Positions 27,701 to 41,500 of a stretch of DNA of 64,000 bases are shown here, in pieces. Every line of letters begins with the position of its first letter. Positions within the stretch are counted from its first letter, which is position 1. This DNA is from the human T2T-CHM13v2.0 reference genome, Homo sapiens: assembly GCF_009914755.1 (NCBI RefSeq), contig NC_060933.1, one strand, 5' to 3'. A model generated the notes under the pieces. That model made no database searches and was not told the DNA's origin. It saw nothing but the letters and a program-made list of their open reading frames with translations. The position numbers and the translations under genes were made by a program.

Positions 27701-29312
27701 AATGGAATGGAATGGAATGGAATGGAATGGAATCAACCCGAGTGCAGGGGAATGTAATGGAACGGAATGCAATGGAATGGAATCATCCGGAATGGAATGG
27801 AATGGAATTGAATGGAATGGAATGGAATGGAATCAATCCGAGAGCAATGGAATGGAGTGGAATGGAATGGAATGGAATGGTACAACCCGAATGGAATGGA
27901 ATGTAATGGAGAGTTAGGGTGTTGAATAGAATCAATCCGAATGTAATGGAATGGAACGGAATGGAATGGAATGGAATGGGATGGAATGGAATGGAATGGA
28001 ATGGAATGCAATGGAATGGAATCAACCCGAGTACAATGGAACGGAATGTAATGTAATGTAATGTAATGTAATGGAATGGAATGGAATGGAATGGAATCAA
28101 CCCGAGTGCAATGGAATGGAGAGGAATGGAATAGAACGGAATGGAAACTACCCGAATGGAATGGAATGCAATGGAGTGTAAGGGAATTGAATAGAATCAA
28201 TCCGAATGGAATGGAATGGAATGGAATGGAACGGAATGTAATGGAATGGAATGGAATGGAATCAACACGAGTGCAGGGGAATGGAATGGAAAAGAATGCA
28301 ATGGAATGGAATCATCCGGAATGGAATGGAATGGAATGCAATGGAATGGAATGGAAAGGAATCAAACCGAGTGCAATGGAATGGAGTGAAATGGAATGGA
28401 ATGGAATGGAAACAACCAGAATGGATTGGAATATAATGGAGTGTAAGGGAATTGAATAGAATCAATCTGAATGTAATGAAATGGAATGGAACGGAATGGA
28501 ATGGAATGGAATGGAATGGAATGGAATGCAATGGAAAGGAATCAACCCGAGTGCAATCGAATGGAATCGAATGGAATGGAATGCAATGGAATTGAATCAA
28601 CCCGAGTACAATGGAATGGAATGGAATGGAATGGAATGGAATGATACGGAATAGAATGGAATGGAACGAAATGGAATGGAATGGAATGGAATGGAATGGA
28701 ATGGAATCGTTCCGAGTGGAATAGGAGGGAATGTATTCGAGTGGAATGTAAAGGAATGGTATCATCCAGAGTGGAATGGAAGGGAATGGAATGGAATGGA
28801 AACTAATAGAATGGAATCAACCCGAGTGGAATGGATTGGAAAGGACTGGAATGGATTGGAATGGAATGGAATCAACTCGATTGTAATGGAATGGAATGGA
28901 ATGGAATGGAATGGAATGGAATGGAATGGAATTAACCCGAATACAATGGAATGGAAGGGAATGGAACGGAATGGAGTGGAATGGAATGGAATCAACCCGA
29001 GTGCAGGGGAATGGAATGGAATGGAATGCAATGGAATGGAATCATCCGGAATGGAATGGAATGGAATGGAATGCAAAGCAATGGAATCAACTCGATTGCA
29101 ATGGAATGGAATGGAATGGCAAGGAATACATTGGAATCAACCCGAGTGGAATGGAATGGAAAGGACTGGAATGGAGTGGAATGGAATGGAATGGAATGGA
29201 ATGGAATCAACTCGATTGGAATGGAATGGAATGGAATGGAATGGAATTAACCCGAATAGAATGGAATGGAATGGAATGGAACGGAATGTAATGGAAAGGA
29301 ATGGATTGGAAT
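21753..29312 (+). repeat. ~7.8 kb higher-order repeat, copy 3 (7560 bp; ~310 bp deletion; last ~2.1 kb is of 29.5 kb-unit type)
   Basis: Colinear with copies 1 and 2 to ~27.1 kb. CATCCGG-to-CTTCCGG distance is 30 bp (27474-27504) vs 339 and 344 bp in copies 1 and 2. After 29313 the sequence no longer continues the 7.8 kb unit (CAACCCGACTG instead of CAACCCGAGTG). Confidence 0.88.
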
Positions 29313-32300
29313 CAACCCGACTGCAGGGGAATGGAATGAAACGGAATGGAATGGAATGGAATCATCCGGAACGGAATGGAATGGAATGGAATGGAATCAA
29401 TTCGATTGCAATGGAATGGAATGGAATGGAATGGAATTGAATGGAATGGAATGGAATGGAATCAACCCGACTGCAGGGTAACGGAATGGAATGGAATGCA
29501 ATGGAATGGATTCAACTTGAATGGAATGGAAAGAATGGAATCAACACGAGTGGAATGGCATGGATTGGAATGGAATGGAATGGAATCAACCCGAGTACAG
29601 GGGAATGGAATGGAATGGAATGCAATGGAATGGAATCATCCGTAATGGAATGGAAAGGAATGGAATGGAATGGAATAGAATGGAATGGAATCAACTCGAT
29701 TGCAATCGAATGGAATGGAATGGAATTAACCCGAATAGAATGGAATGGAATGGAATGGAACGGAACAGAACGGAATGGAATGGATTGGAATGGAATGAAA
29801 TGGAATTAACCCGAATACAATGGAATGGAATGGAATGGAACGGAACAGAAAGGAATGGAATGGATTGGAATGGAATGGAATGGAATGGAATCGAATGGAA
29901 AGGAAAGGAATGGAATGGAATAGAATGGAATGGAATGGAATGGAATGGAATGGAATCAACGCGAGAGCAGGGGAATGGAATGGAATGGAATGCAATGTAA
30001 TGGAATCTTCCGGAATGGAATGGAATGGAATGGAATGGAATGGAATGGAATGGAATGGAATAAACCCGAGTGCAATGGAATGGAGTGGAATGGAATGGAA
30101 TGGAATGGAACAACCCGAATGGAATGGAATGTAATGAAGAGTAAGGGAGTTGAATAGAATCAATCCGAATGTAATGGAATGGAATGGAACGGAATGGAAT
30201 TGAATGGAATGGAATGGAATGGAATGGAATGGAATGGAATGGAATGCAATGGAATGGAATCAACCCGAGTGCAATCGAATGGAATCGAATGGAATGGCAT
30301 GTAATGGAATGGATTCAACTTGAATGGAATGGAAAGAATGGAATCAACACGAGTGGAATGGCATGGATTGGAATGGAATGGAATGGAATCAAACCGAGTA
30401 CAGGGGAATGGAATGGAATGCAATGCAATGGAATGGAATCATCCGTAATGGAATGGAAAGGATTGGAATGGAATGGAATGGAATGGAACGGAATGGAATG
30501 GAATGGAATGGAATCAACTCGATTGCAATCGAATGGAATGGAATGGAATTAACCCGAATAGAATGCAATGGAATGGAATGGGACGGAATGGAATGGAATG
30601 GAATGGAATGGAATGGAATGGAATGGAACAGAACGGAACGGAATGGATGGAATGGCATGGAATGGAATGGAATGGAATCAACGCGAGTGCAGGGGAATGG
30701 AATGGAATGGAATGCAATGGAATGGAATCTTCCGGAATGGAATGGAATGGAATGGAATGGAATGGAATGAAATGCAATTGATTCAACTCGATTGCAATGG
30801 AATGGAATAGAGTGGAATGGAATGGAATGGAATGGAATTAACCCGAATAGAATGGAATGGAATGGAATGGAATGGAATGGAATGGAATGGAATGGAATGG
30901 AATGGAATGCCTTCAAACCGAATGGAATGGAAAGGAATGAAATCAACACGAGTGGAATGGAATGGAATGGAATGGAATGGGAAGGAATGATACGGAATAG
31001 AATGGAATGGAACGAAATGGAATGGAATGGAATGGAATGGAATGGAATGGAATGGAATGGAATGGAATCGTTCCGAGTGGAATAGGAGGGAATGTATTCG
31101 AGTGGAATGGAAAGGAATGGAATCAACCAGAGTGGAATGGAAGGGAATGGAATGGAATGGAAACTAATAGAATGGAATCAACCCGAGTGGAATAGAATGG
31201 AAAGGACTGGAATGGAATGGAATGGAATGGAATCAACTGGATTGTAATGGAATGGAATGGAATGGAATGGAATGGAATGGAATGGAATGGAATCAACCCG
31301 AGTGCAATGGAATGGAGTGCAATGGAATGGAATGGAATGGAACAACCCGAATGGAATGGAATGGAATGGAGAGTAAGGGAGTTGAATAGAATCAATCCGA
31401 ATGTAATGGAATGTAATGGAACGGAATGGAATTGAATGGAATGGAATGGAATGCAATGGAATGGAATAAACCCGAGTGCAATGGAATGGAGAGGAATGGA
31501 ATGGAATGGAATGGAAACTACCCGAATGGAATGGAATGTAATGGAGTGTAAGGGAATTGAATAGAATCAATCCGAATGTAATGGAATGGAATGGAACGGA
31601 ATGGAATGGAATGGAATGGAATGGAATGGAATGGAATGGAATGCAATGGAAAGGAATGGAATGCAATGGAATTGAATCAACCCGAGTGCAATCGAATGGA
31701 ATCGAATTGAATGGAATGCAATGGAATGGATTCAACTTGAATGGAATGGAAAGAATGGAATCAACAAGAGTGGAATGGCATGGATTGGAATGGAATGGAA
31801 CGGAATCAACCCGAGTACAGGGGAATGGAATGGAATGGAATGCAATGGAATGGAATCATCCGTAATGGAATGGAAAGGAATGGAATGGAATGGAATGGAA
31901 TCAACTCGATTGCAATCGAATGGAATGGAATGGAATTAACCCGAATAGAATGGAATGGAATGGAATGGAACGGAACGGAATGGAATGGAATGGAATGGAA
32001 CGGAACGGAATGGAATGGAATGGAATGGAATGGAATCAACGCGAGTGCAGGGGAATGGAATGGAATGGAATACAATGGAATGGAAACTTCCGGAATGGAA
32101 TGGAATGGAATGGAATGGAATGAAATGCAATGGATTCAACTCGATTGCAATGGAATGGAATAGAATGGAATGGAATGGAATGGAATGGAATGGAATCAAC
32201 TCGATTGCAATCGAATGGAATGGAATGGAATTAACCCGAATAGAATGGAATGGAATGGCATGGAACGGAACGGAACGGAATGGAATGGATTGGAATGGAA

Positions 32301-35300
32301 TGGAATGGAATGGAATGGAACGGAAATGAATGGAATGGAATGGAATGGAATGGAATGGAATCAACGCGAGTGCAGGGAAATGGAATGGAATGGAATGCAA
32401 TGGAATGGAATCTTCAGGAATGGAATGGAAAGGAATGGAAAGGAACGGAATGGAATGGAATGGAATGGAATGGAATCAACTCGATTGCAATCGAATGGAA
32501 TGGAATGGAATTAACCCGAATAGAATGGAATGGAATGGAATGGAACGGAACGGAATGGAATGGAATGGAATGGAACGGAATGGAACGGAACGGAACGGAA
32601 TGGAATGGAATGGAATGGAATGGAATGGAATCAACGCGAGTGCAGGGGAATGGAATGGAATGGAATGCAATGGAATGGAATCTTCCGGAATGGAATGGAA
32701 TGGAATTGAATGAAATGCAATGGATTCAACTCGATTGCAATGGAATGGAATAGAATGGAATGGAATGGAATGGAATGGAATGGAAAGGAATTAACCCGAA
32801 TAGAATGGGATGGAATGGAATGGAATGCAATGGAACGGAATGGAATGGAATGGAATGGAATGGAATGGAATGGAATGGTATGGAATGGAATGGAATGGTA
32901 CGGAATAGAATGGAATGGAACGAATTGTAATGGAATGGAATTGAATGGAATGGAATGGAATGGAATGGAATCAACGCGAGTGCAGGGGAATGTAATGGAA
33001 CGGAATGCAATGGAATGGAATCATCCGGAATGGAATGGAATGGAATGGAATGGAATGGAATGGAATGGAACAACCCGAATGGAATGTAATGTAATGGAGA
33101 GTAAGGGAGTTGAATAGAATCAATCCGAATGTAATGGAATGGAATGCAACGGAATGGAATGGAATGGAATGGAATGGAATGGAATGCAATGGAATGAAAT
33201 CAACCCGAGTACGATGGAATGGAATGGAATGGAATGGAATGGAATGGAATGCCTTCAAACCGAATGGAATGGAAAGGAATGAAATCAACACGAGTGGAAT
33301 GGAATGGAATGGAATGCAATGGAATGGAATGGAATGGAATGATACGGAATAGAACGGAATGGAACGAAATGGAATGGAATGGAATGGAATGGAATGGAAT
33401 GGAATGGAATCGTTCCGAGTGGAATAGGAGGGAATGTATTCGAGTGGAATGGAAAGGAATGGAATCAACCAGAGTGGAATGGAAGGAAATGGAATGGAAT
33501 GGAAACTAATAGAATGGAATCTACCAGAGTGGAATGGAATGGAAAGGACTGGAATGGAATGTAATGGAATGGAATGGAATGGAATCAACTCGATTGTAAT
33601 GGAATGGAATGGAATGGAATTAACCCGAATAAAATGGAATGGAATGGAATGGAATGCAATGGAATGGAATCATCCGGAATGGAATGGAATGGAATGGAAT
33701 CAACTCCATTGCAATGGAATGGAATGGAATGGAATGGAAGAGAATGGAATGGAATTAACCCGAATAGAATGGAATGCAATAGAATGGAATGGAACGGAAC
33801 CGAATAGAGTGGAATGGAATGGAATGGAATCAACCTGAGTGCAGGGGAATGGAATGGAATGGAATGAAATGGAAAGGAATCATCCGCAATGGAATGGAAT
33901 GGAATGGAATGGAATCAAACCGAGTGCAATGGAATGGAGTGAAATGGAATGGAATGGAATGGAAACAACCAGAATGGATTGGAATATAATGCACTGTAAG
34001 GGAATTGAATAGAATCAATCTGAATGTAATGAAATGGAATCGAACGGAATGGAATGGAATGGAATTCAATCGAATGGAATAGAATGGAATGGAATCAACT
34101 CGAGTGCAATGGAATGGATTCGAATGGAATGGAATGGAGTGGATTGGATTCTACCCGAATGGAATGGAAAGGAATGGAATCAACCCGAGTGGAATGGCAT
34201 GGAATGGAATGGAATGGAATGGAATGGAATGGAATGGAATGGAACGGAATGGTTCGGAATAGAATGGATTGGAACAAAATGGAATGGAATGGAATGGAAT
34301 GGAATGGAATGGAATGGAATGGAATGGAATCAAGTCGATTGCAATGGAATAGAATGGAATGGAATGGAACGGATTGGAATGGAATGGAATGGAATGGAAT
34401 GGAATTAAATGGAATGGAATGGAATGGAATCAACCCGAGTGCAGGGGAAAGGAATGGAATGGAATGCAATGGAATGGAATGGAATGGAATGGAATGGAAT
34501 GGAATGGAATGGAATCAACCCGAGTGGAATGGCATGGAATGGAATGCAATGGAATGGAATGGAATGGAATCAACTCGAGTGGAAAGGAATGGAATGGAAT
34601 GGAAAGGAATGGAATGAAATCAACTCGAGTGGAATGGAATGGAATGGATTGGAATGGATTGCAATGGAATGAAATGGAATGGAATGGAATGGAATCAATC
34701 ATTCCGAGTGGAATGGAAGGGAATGTAATGGAGTGGAAAGAAGGGAATGGAATCAACCCGAGTTGAATGCAAGGCAATGGAATGGAATGGAAAGGAATGG
34801 AATGTAATCAACTCGATTGCAATGGAATGGAATGGAATCGAATGGAATGGAATGGAATGGAAAGGAATGGAATTGAATGGAATGAACTCGATTGCAATCG
34901 AATGGAATGGAATGGAATTAACCCGAATAGAATGGAATGGAATGGAATGGAATGGAACGGAATGGAATGGAATGGAATGGAATGGAACGGAACGGAACGG
35001 AATGGAATGGAATGGAATGGAATGGAATGGAATGGAATGGAATCAACGCGAGTGCAGGGGAATGGAATGGAATGGAATGCAATGGAATGGAATCTTCCGG
35101 AATGGAATGGAATGGAATAGAATGGAATGAAATGCAATGGATTCAACTCGATTGCAATGCAATGGAATAGAATGGAATGGAATGGAATGGAATGGAATTA
35201 ATTCGAATAGAATGGAATGGAATGGAATGGAACGGAATGGAACGGAATGGAATGGAATGGAATGGAATGGAATGGTATGGAATGGAATGGAATGGTACGG

Positions 35301-35443
35301 AATAGAATGGAATGGAACGAATTGTAATGGAATGGAATTGAATGGAATGGAATGGAATGGAATCAACGCGAGTGCAGGGGAATGTAATAGAACGGAATGC
35401 AATGGAATGGAATCATCCGGAATGGAATGGAATGGAATGGAAT

Positions 35444-35550
35444 CAACCCGAGTGCAATGGAATGGAGTGGAATGGAATGGAATGGAATGGAACAACCCGA
35501 GTGCAATGGAATGGAGTGGAATGGAATGGAATGGAATGGAACAACCTGAA
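35444..35550 (+). repeat. Local tandem duplication, 49 bp x2
   Basis: CAACCCGAGTGCAATGGAATGGAGTGG...GGAA at 35444 and 35493, followed by CAACCTG at 35542. Confidence 0.85.
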
Positions 35551-38500
35551 TGGAATTGAATGTAATGGAGAGTAAGGGAGTTGAATAGAATCAATCCGAA
35601 TGTAATGGAATGGAATGCAACGGAATGGAATGGAATGGAATGGAATGGAATGCAATGGAATTGAATCAACCCGAGTACAATGGAATGGAATGGAATGGAA
35701 TGGAATAGAATGCAATGATACGGAATAGAATGGAATGGAACGAAATGGAATGGAATGGAATGGAATGGAATGGAATGGAATGGAATGGAATGGAATCGTT
35801 CCGAGTGGAATAGGAGGGAATGTATTCGAGTGGAATGGAAAGGAATGGAATCAACAAGAGTGGAATGGAAGGGAATGGAATGGAATGGAAACTAATAGAA
35901 TGGAATCAACCCGAGAGGAATGGAATGGAAAGGACTGGAATGGAATGGAATGGAATGGAATGGAATTAACCCGAATACAATGCAATGGAATGGAATCGAA
36001 TGGAATGGAGTGGAATGGAATGGAATCGACCCGAGTGCAGGGGAATGGAATGGAATGGAATGCAATGGAATGGAATCATCCGGAATGGAATGGAATGGAA
36101 TGGAATGCAAAGCAATGGAATCAACTCGATTGCAATGGAATGGAATGGAATGGAAAGGAATACATTGGAATCAACCCGAGTGGAATGGAATGGAAAGGAC
36201 TGGAATGGAGTGGAATGGAATGGAATGGAATGGAATGGAATCAACTCGATTGGAGTGGAATGGAATGGAATGGAATTAACCCGAATAGAATGGAATGGAA
36301 TGGAACGGAACGGAACGGAACGGAATGGAATGGAATGGAATGGAATGGAATGGAAACAACCCGACTGCCGGGGAATGGAATGGAATGGAATGCAATGGAA
36401 TGGATTCAACTTGAATGGAATGGAAAGAATGGAATCAACAGGAGTGAAATGGCAGGGATTGGAATGGAATGGAATGGAATCAACCCGAGTACAGGGGAAT
36501 GGAATGGAATGGCATGTAATGGAATGGAATCATCCGTAATGGAATGGAAAGGAATGGAATGGAATGGAATGGAATGCAATGGAATGGAATCAACTCGATT
36601 GCAATCGAATGGAATGGAATGGAATTAACCCGAATAGAATGGAATGGAATGGAATGGAATGGAATGGAATCAACTCGATTGGAATGGAATGGAATGGAAT
36701 GGAATGGAATGGAATTAACCCGAATAGAATGGAAAGGAATGGAATGGAATGGAACGGAATGGAACGGAATGGAATGAAATGGAATGGAATGGAATGGAAT
36801 GGAATGGAATGGAATCAACCCGACTGCAGGGGAATGGAATGGAATGGAATGCAATGGAATGGATTCAACTTGAATGGAATGGAAAGAATGGAATCAACAC
36901 GAGTGGAATGGAATGGATTGGAATGGAATAGAATGGAATGAACCCGAGTACAGGGGAATGGAATGGAATGGAATGAAATGGAATGGAATCATCCGTAATG
37001 GAATGGAATGGAATGGAATGGAATGGAATGGAATGGAATGGAATGGAATGGAATCAACTCGATTGCAATCGAATGGAATGGACTGGAATTAACCCGAATG
37101 GAATGGAATGGAATGCAACGGAATGGAATGGAATGGAACGGAATGGAATTGAATGGAATGGAATAGAAATTACACGAATGGAATGGAATGTAATGGAGTG
37201 TAAGGGAATTGAATAGAATGAATCCGAATGGAATGGAATGGAATGGAATGGAAAGGAATGGAATGGAATGGAATGGAATGGAATGCAATGCCATGGAATC
37301 AACCCGAGTGCGATCGAATGGAATCGAATGGAATGGAATGCAATGGAATGGATTCAACTTGAATGGAATGGAAAGAATGGAATCATAACGAGTGGAATGG
37401 CATGGATTGGAATGGAATGGAATGGAATCAACTCGATTGCAATCGAATGGAATGGAATGGAATTAACCCGAATAGAATGGAATGGAATGGAATGGAATGG
37501 AACGGAACGGAATGGAATGGAATGGAATGTAATGGAACGGATCGGAATGGAATGGAGTGGAATGGAATGGAATGGAATGGAATCAAAGCGAGTGCAGGGG
37601 AATGGAATGGAATGGAATGCAATGGAATGGAATCTTCCGGAATGGAACGGAATGGAATGGAATAGAATGGAAGGGAATGGAATGGAATGGAATCAACCCG
37701 AGTACAGGGGAATGGAATGGAATGGAATGCAGTGGAATGGAATCATCCGTAATGGAATGGAAAGGAATGGAATGGAATGGAATGCAATGGAATGGAATGG
37801 AATGGAATCAACTCGATTGCAATCGAATGGAATGGAATGGAATTAACCCGAATAGAATGGAATGGAATGGAACGGAACGGAATGGAACGGAATGGAATGG
37901 AATGGAACGGAACGGAACGGAACGGAATGGAATGGAATGGAATCAACGCGAGTGCAGGGGAATGGAATGGAATGGAATGCAATGGAATGGAATCTTCCGG
38001 AATGGAATGGAATGGAATGCAATGGATTCAACTCGATTGCAATGGAATGGAATGGAATGGAATTGAATGCAATGGATTCAACTCGATTGCAATGGAATGG
38101 AATAGAATGGAATGGAATGGAATGGAATGGAATTAACCCGAATAAAATGGAATGGAATGGAATGGAACGGAACGGAACGGAACGGAACGGAATGGAATGG
38201 AATGGAATGGAATGGAATGGAATGGAATGGTATGGAATGGAATGGAATGGTACGGAATAGAATGGAATGGATCGAATTGTAATGGAATGGAATTGAATGG
38301 AATGGAATGGAATGCAATGGAATGGAATGCAATGGAATGGAATCAACCCGAGTGCAATGGAATGGAGAGGAATGGAATGGAAAGGAATGGAATCAACCCG
38401 AGTAGAATGGCATGGAATGGAATGGAATGGAATGCAATGGAATGGATTCAACTTGAATGGAATGGAAAGAATGGAATCAACACGAGTGGAATGGCATGGA

Positions 38501-41500
38501 TTGGAATGGAATGGAATGGAATCAACCCGAGTACAGGGGAATGGAATGGAATGGAATGCAATGGAATGGAATCATCCGTAATGGAATGGAAAGGAATGGA
38601 ATGGAATGGAATGGAATGGAATGGAATGGAATGGAATGGAATCAACTCGACTGCAATCGAATGGAATGGAATGGAATTAACCCGAATAGAATGGAATGGA
38701 ATGGAATGGAACGGAACGGAACGGAACGGAATGGAATGGAATGGAATGGAATGGAACGGAACGGAACGGAACGGAATGGAATTGAATGGAATGGAATGGA
38801 ATGGAATGGAATGGAATGGAATCAACGCGAGTGCAGGGTAATGGAATGGAATGGAATGCAATGGAATGGAATGGAATGGAATGGAATGGAATCAACCCGA
38901 GTGGAATGGCATGGAACGGAATGCAATGGAATGGAATGCAATGGAATCAACTCGAGTGGAAAGGAATGGAATGGAATGGAAAGGAATGGAATGAAATCAA
39001 CTCGAGTGGAGTGGAATGGAATGGAATGGATTGGAATGGATTGCAATGGAATGAAATGGAATGGAATGGAATGGAAACAATCATTCTGAGTGGAATGGAA
39101 GGGAATGTAATGGAGTGGAAAGAAGGGAATGGAATCAACCCGACTGGAATGCAAGGCAATGCAATGGAATGGAAAGGAATGGAATGGAATCAACTCGATT
39201 GCAATGGAATGGAATGGAATGGAATGGAATGGAAAGGAATGGAATGGAATGAAATGGAATGGAATGGAATGCAATGGAATGGAATCAACCCGAGTGCAAT
39301 CAAATGGAATCGAATGGAATGGAATGCAATGGAATGGATTCAACTTGAATGGAATGGAAAGAATGGAAACAACACGAGTGGAATGGCATGGATTGGAATG
39401 GAATGGAATGGAATCAACCCGAATACAGGGGAATGGAATGGAATGGAATGCAATGGAATGGAATCATCCGTAATGGAATGGAAAGGAAAGGAATGGAATG
39501 GAATGGAATGGAATGGAATGGAATGGAATCAACTCGATTGCAATCGAATTGAATGGAATGGAATTAACCCGAAAAGAATGGAATGGAATGGAATGGAATG
39601 GAACGGAACGGAATGGAATGGATTGGAATGGAATGGAATGGAATGGAATGGAACGGAAAGGAATGGAATGGAATGGAATGGAATGGAATGGAATGGAATG
39701 GAATCAACGCGAGTGCAGGGGAATCGAATGGAATGGAATGCAATGGAATGGAATCTTCCGGAATGCAATGGAATGGAATGGAATGGAATGGAATGGAATA
39801 AACCCGAGTGCAATGGAATGGAGTGGAATGGAATGGAATGGAATGGAACAACCCGAATGGAATGGAATGGAATGGAGAGTAAGGGAGTTGAATAGAATCA
39901 ATCAGAATGTAATGGAATGCAATGGAACGGAATGGAATTGAATGGAATGGAATGGAATGCAATGGAATGGAATCAACCCGAGTGCAATGGAATGGAGAGG
40001 AATGGAATGGAATGGAATGGAAACTACCCGAATGGAATGGAATGTAATGGAGTGTAAGGGAATTGAATAGAATCAATCCGAATGTAATGGAATGGAATGG
40101 AACGGAATGGAATGGAATGGAATGGAATGGAATGGAATGGAATGCAATGGAATGGAATCAACCCGAGTGCAATCGAATGGAATCGAATGAATGGAATGCA
40201 ATGGAATGGATTCAACTTGAATGGAATGGAAAGAATGGAATCAACAGGAGTGGAATGGCATGGATTGGAATGGAATGGAATGGAATCAACCCGAGTACAG
40301 GGGAATGGAATGGAATGGAATGCAATGGAATGGAATCATCCGTAATGGAATGGAAAGGAATGGAATGGAATGGAATGGAATGGAATGGAATCAACTCGAT
40401 TGCAATCGAAAGGAATGGAATGGAATTAACCAGAATAGAATGGAATGGAATAGAATGGAACGGAACGGAATGGAATGGAATGGAATGGAACGGAACGGAA
40501 TGGAATGGAATGGAATGGAATGCAATGGAATGGAAACTTCCGGAGTGGAATGGAATGGAATGGAATGGAATGAAATGCAATGGATTCAACTCGATTGCAA
40601 TGGAATGGAATAGAATGGAATGGAATGGAATGGAATGGAATTAATCCGAATAGAATGGAATGGAATGGAATGGAACGGAATGGAACGGAATGGAATGGAA
40701 TGGAACGGTATGGAATGGAACGGAATGGTACGGAATAGAATGGAATGGAACGAATTGTAATGGAATGGAATTGAATGGAATGGAATGGAATGGAATGGAA
40801 TCAACGCGAGTGCAGGGGAATGTAATGGAACGGAATGCAATGGAATGGAATCATCCAGAATGGAATGGAATGGAATGGAATGGAATGGAATCAACCCGAG
40901 TGCAATGGAATGGAGTGGAATGGAATGGAATGGAATGGAACAACCCGAATGGAATGGAATGTAATGGAGAGTAAGGGAGTTGAATAGAATCAATCCGAAT
41001 GTAAAGGAATGGAATGCAACGGAATGGAATGGAATGGAATGGAATGGAATGGAATGGAATGGAATGCAATAGAATGGAATCAACCCGAGTACAATGGAAT
41101 GGAATGGAATTGAATGGAATGGAATGGAATGGAATGGAATGATACGGAATAGAATGGAATGGTACGAAATGGAATGGAATGGAATGGAATGGAATGGAAT
41201 GGAATGGAATGGAATGGAATGGAATCGTTCCGAGTGGAATAGGAGGGAATGTATTCGAGTGGAATGGAAAGGAATGGAATCAACCAGAGTGGAATGGAAG
41301 GGAATGGAATGGAATGGAAACTAATAGAATGGAATCAACCCGAGTGGATTGGAATGGAAAGGACTGGAATGGAATGGAATGGAGTGGAATCAACTCGATT
41401 GTAATGGAATGGAATGGAATGTAATGGAATGGAATGGAATTAACCCGAATAAAATATAATGGAATGGAATGGAATGGAATGGAGTGGAATGGAATGGAAT

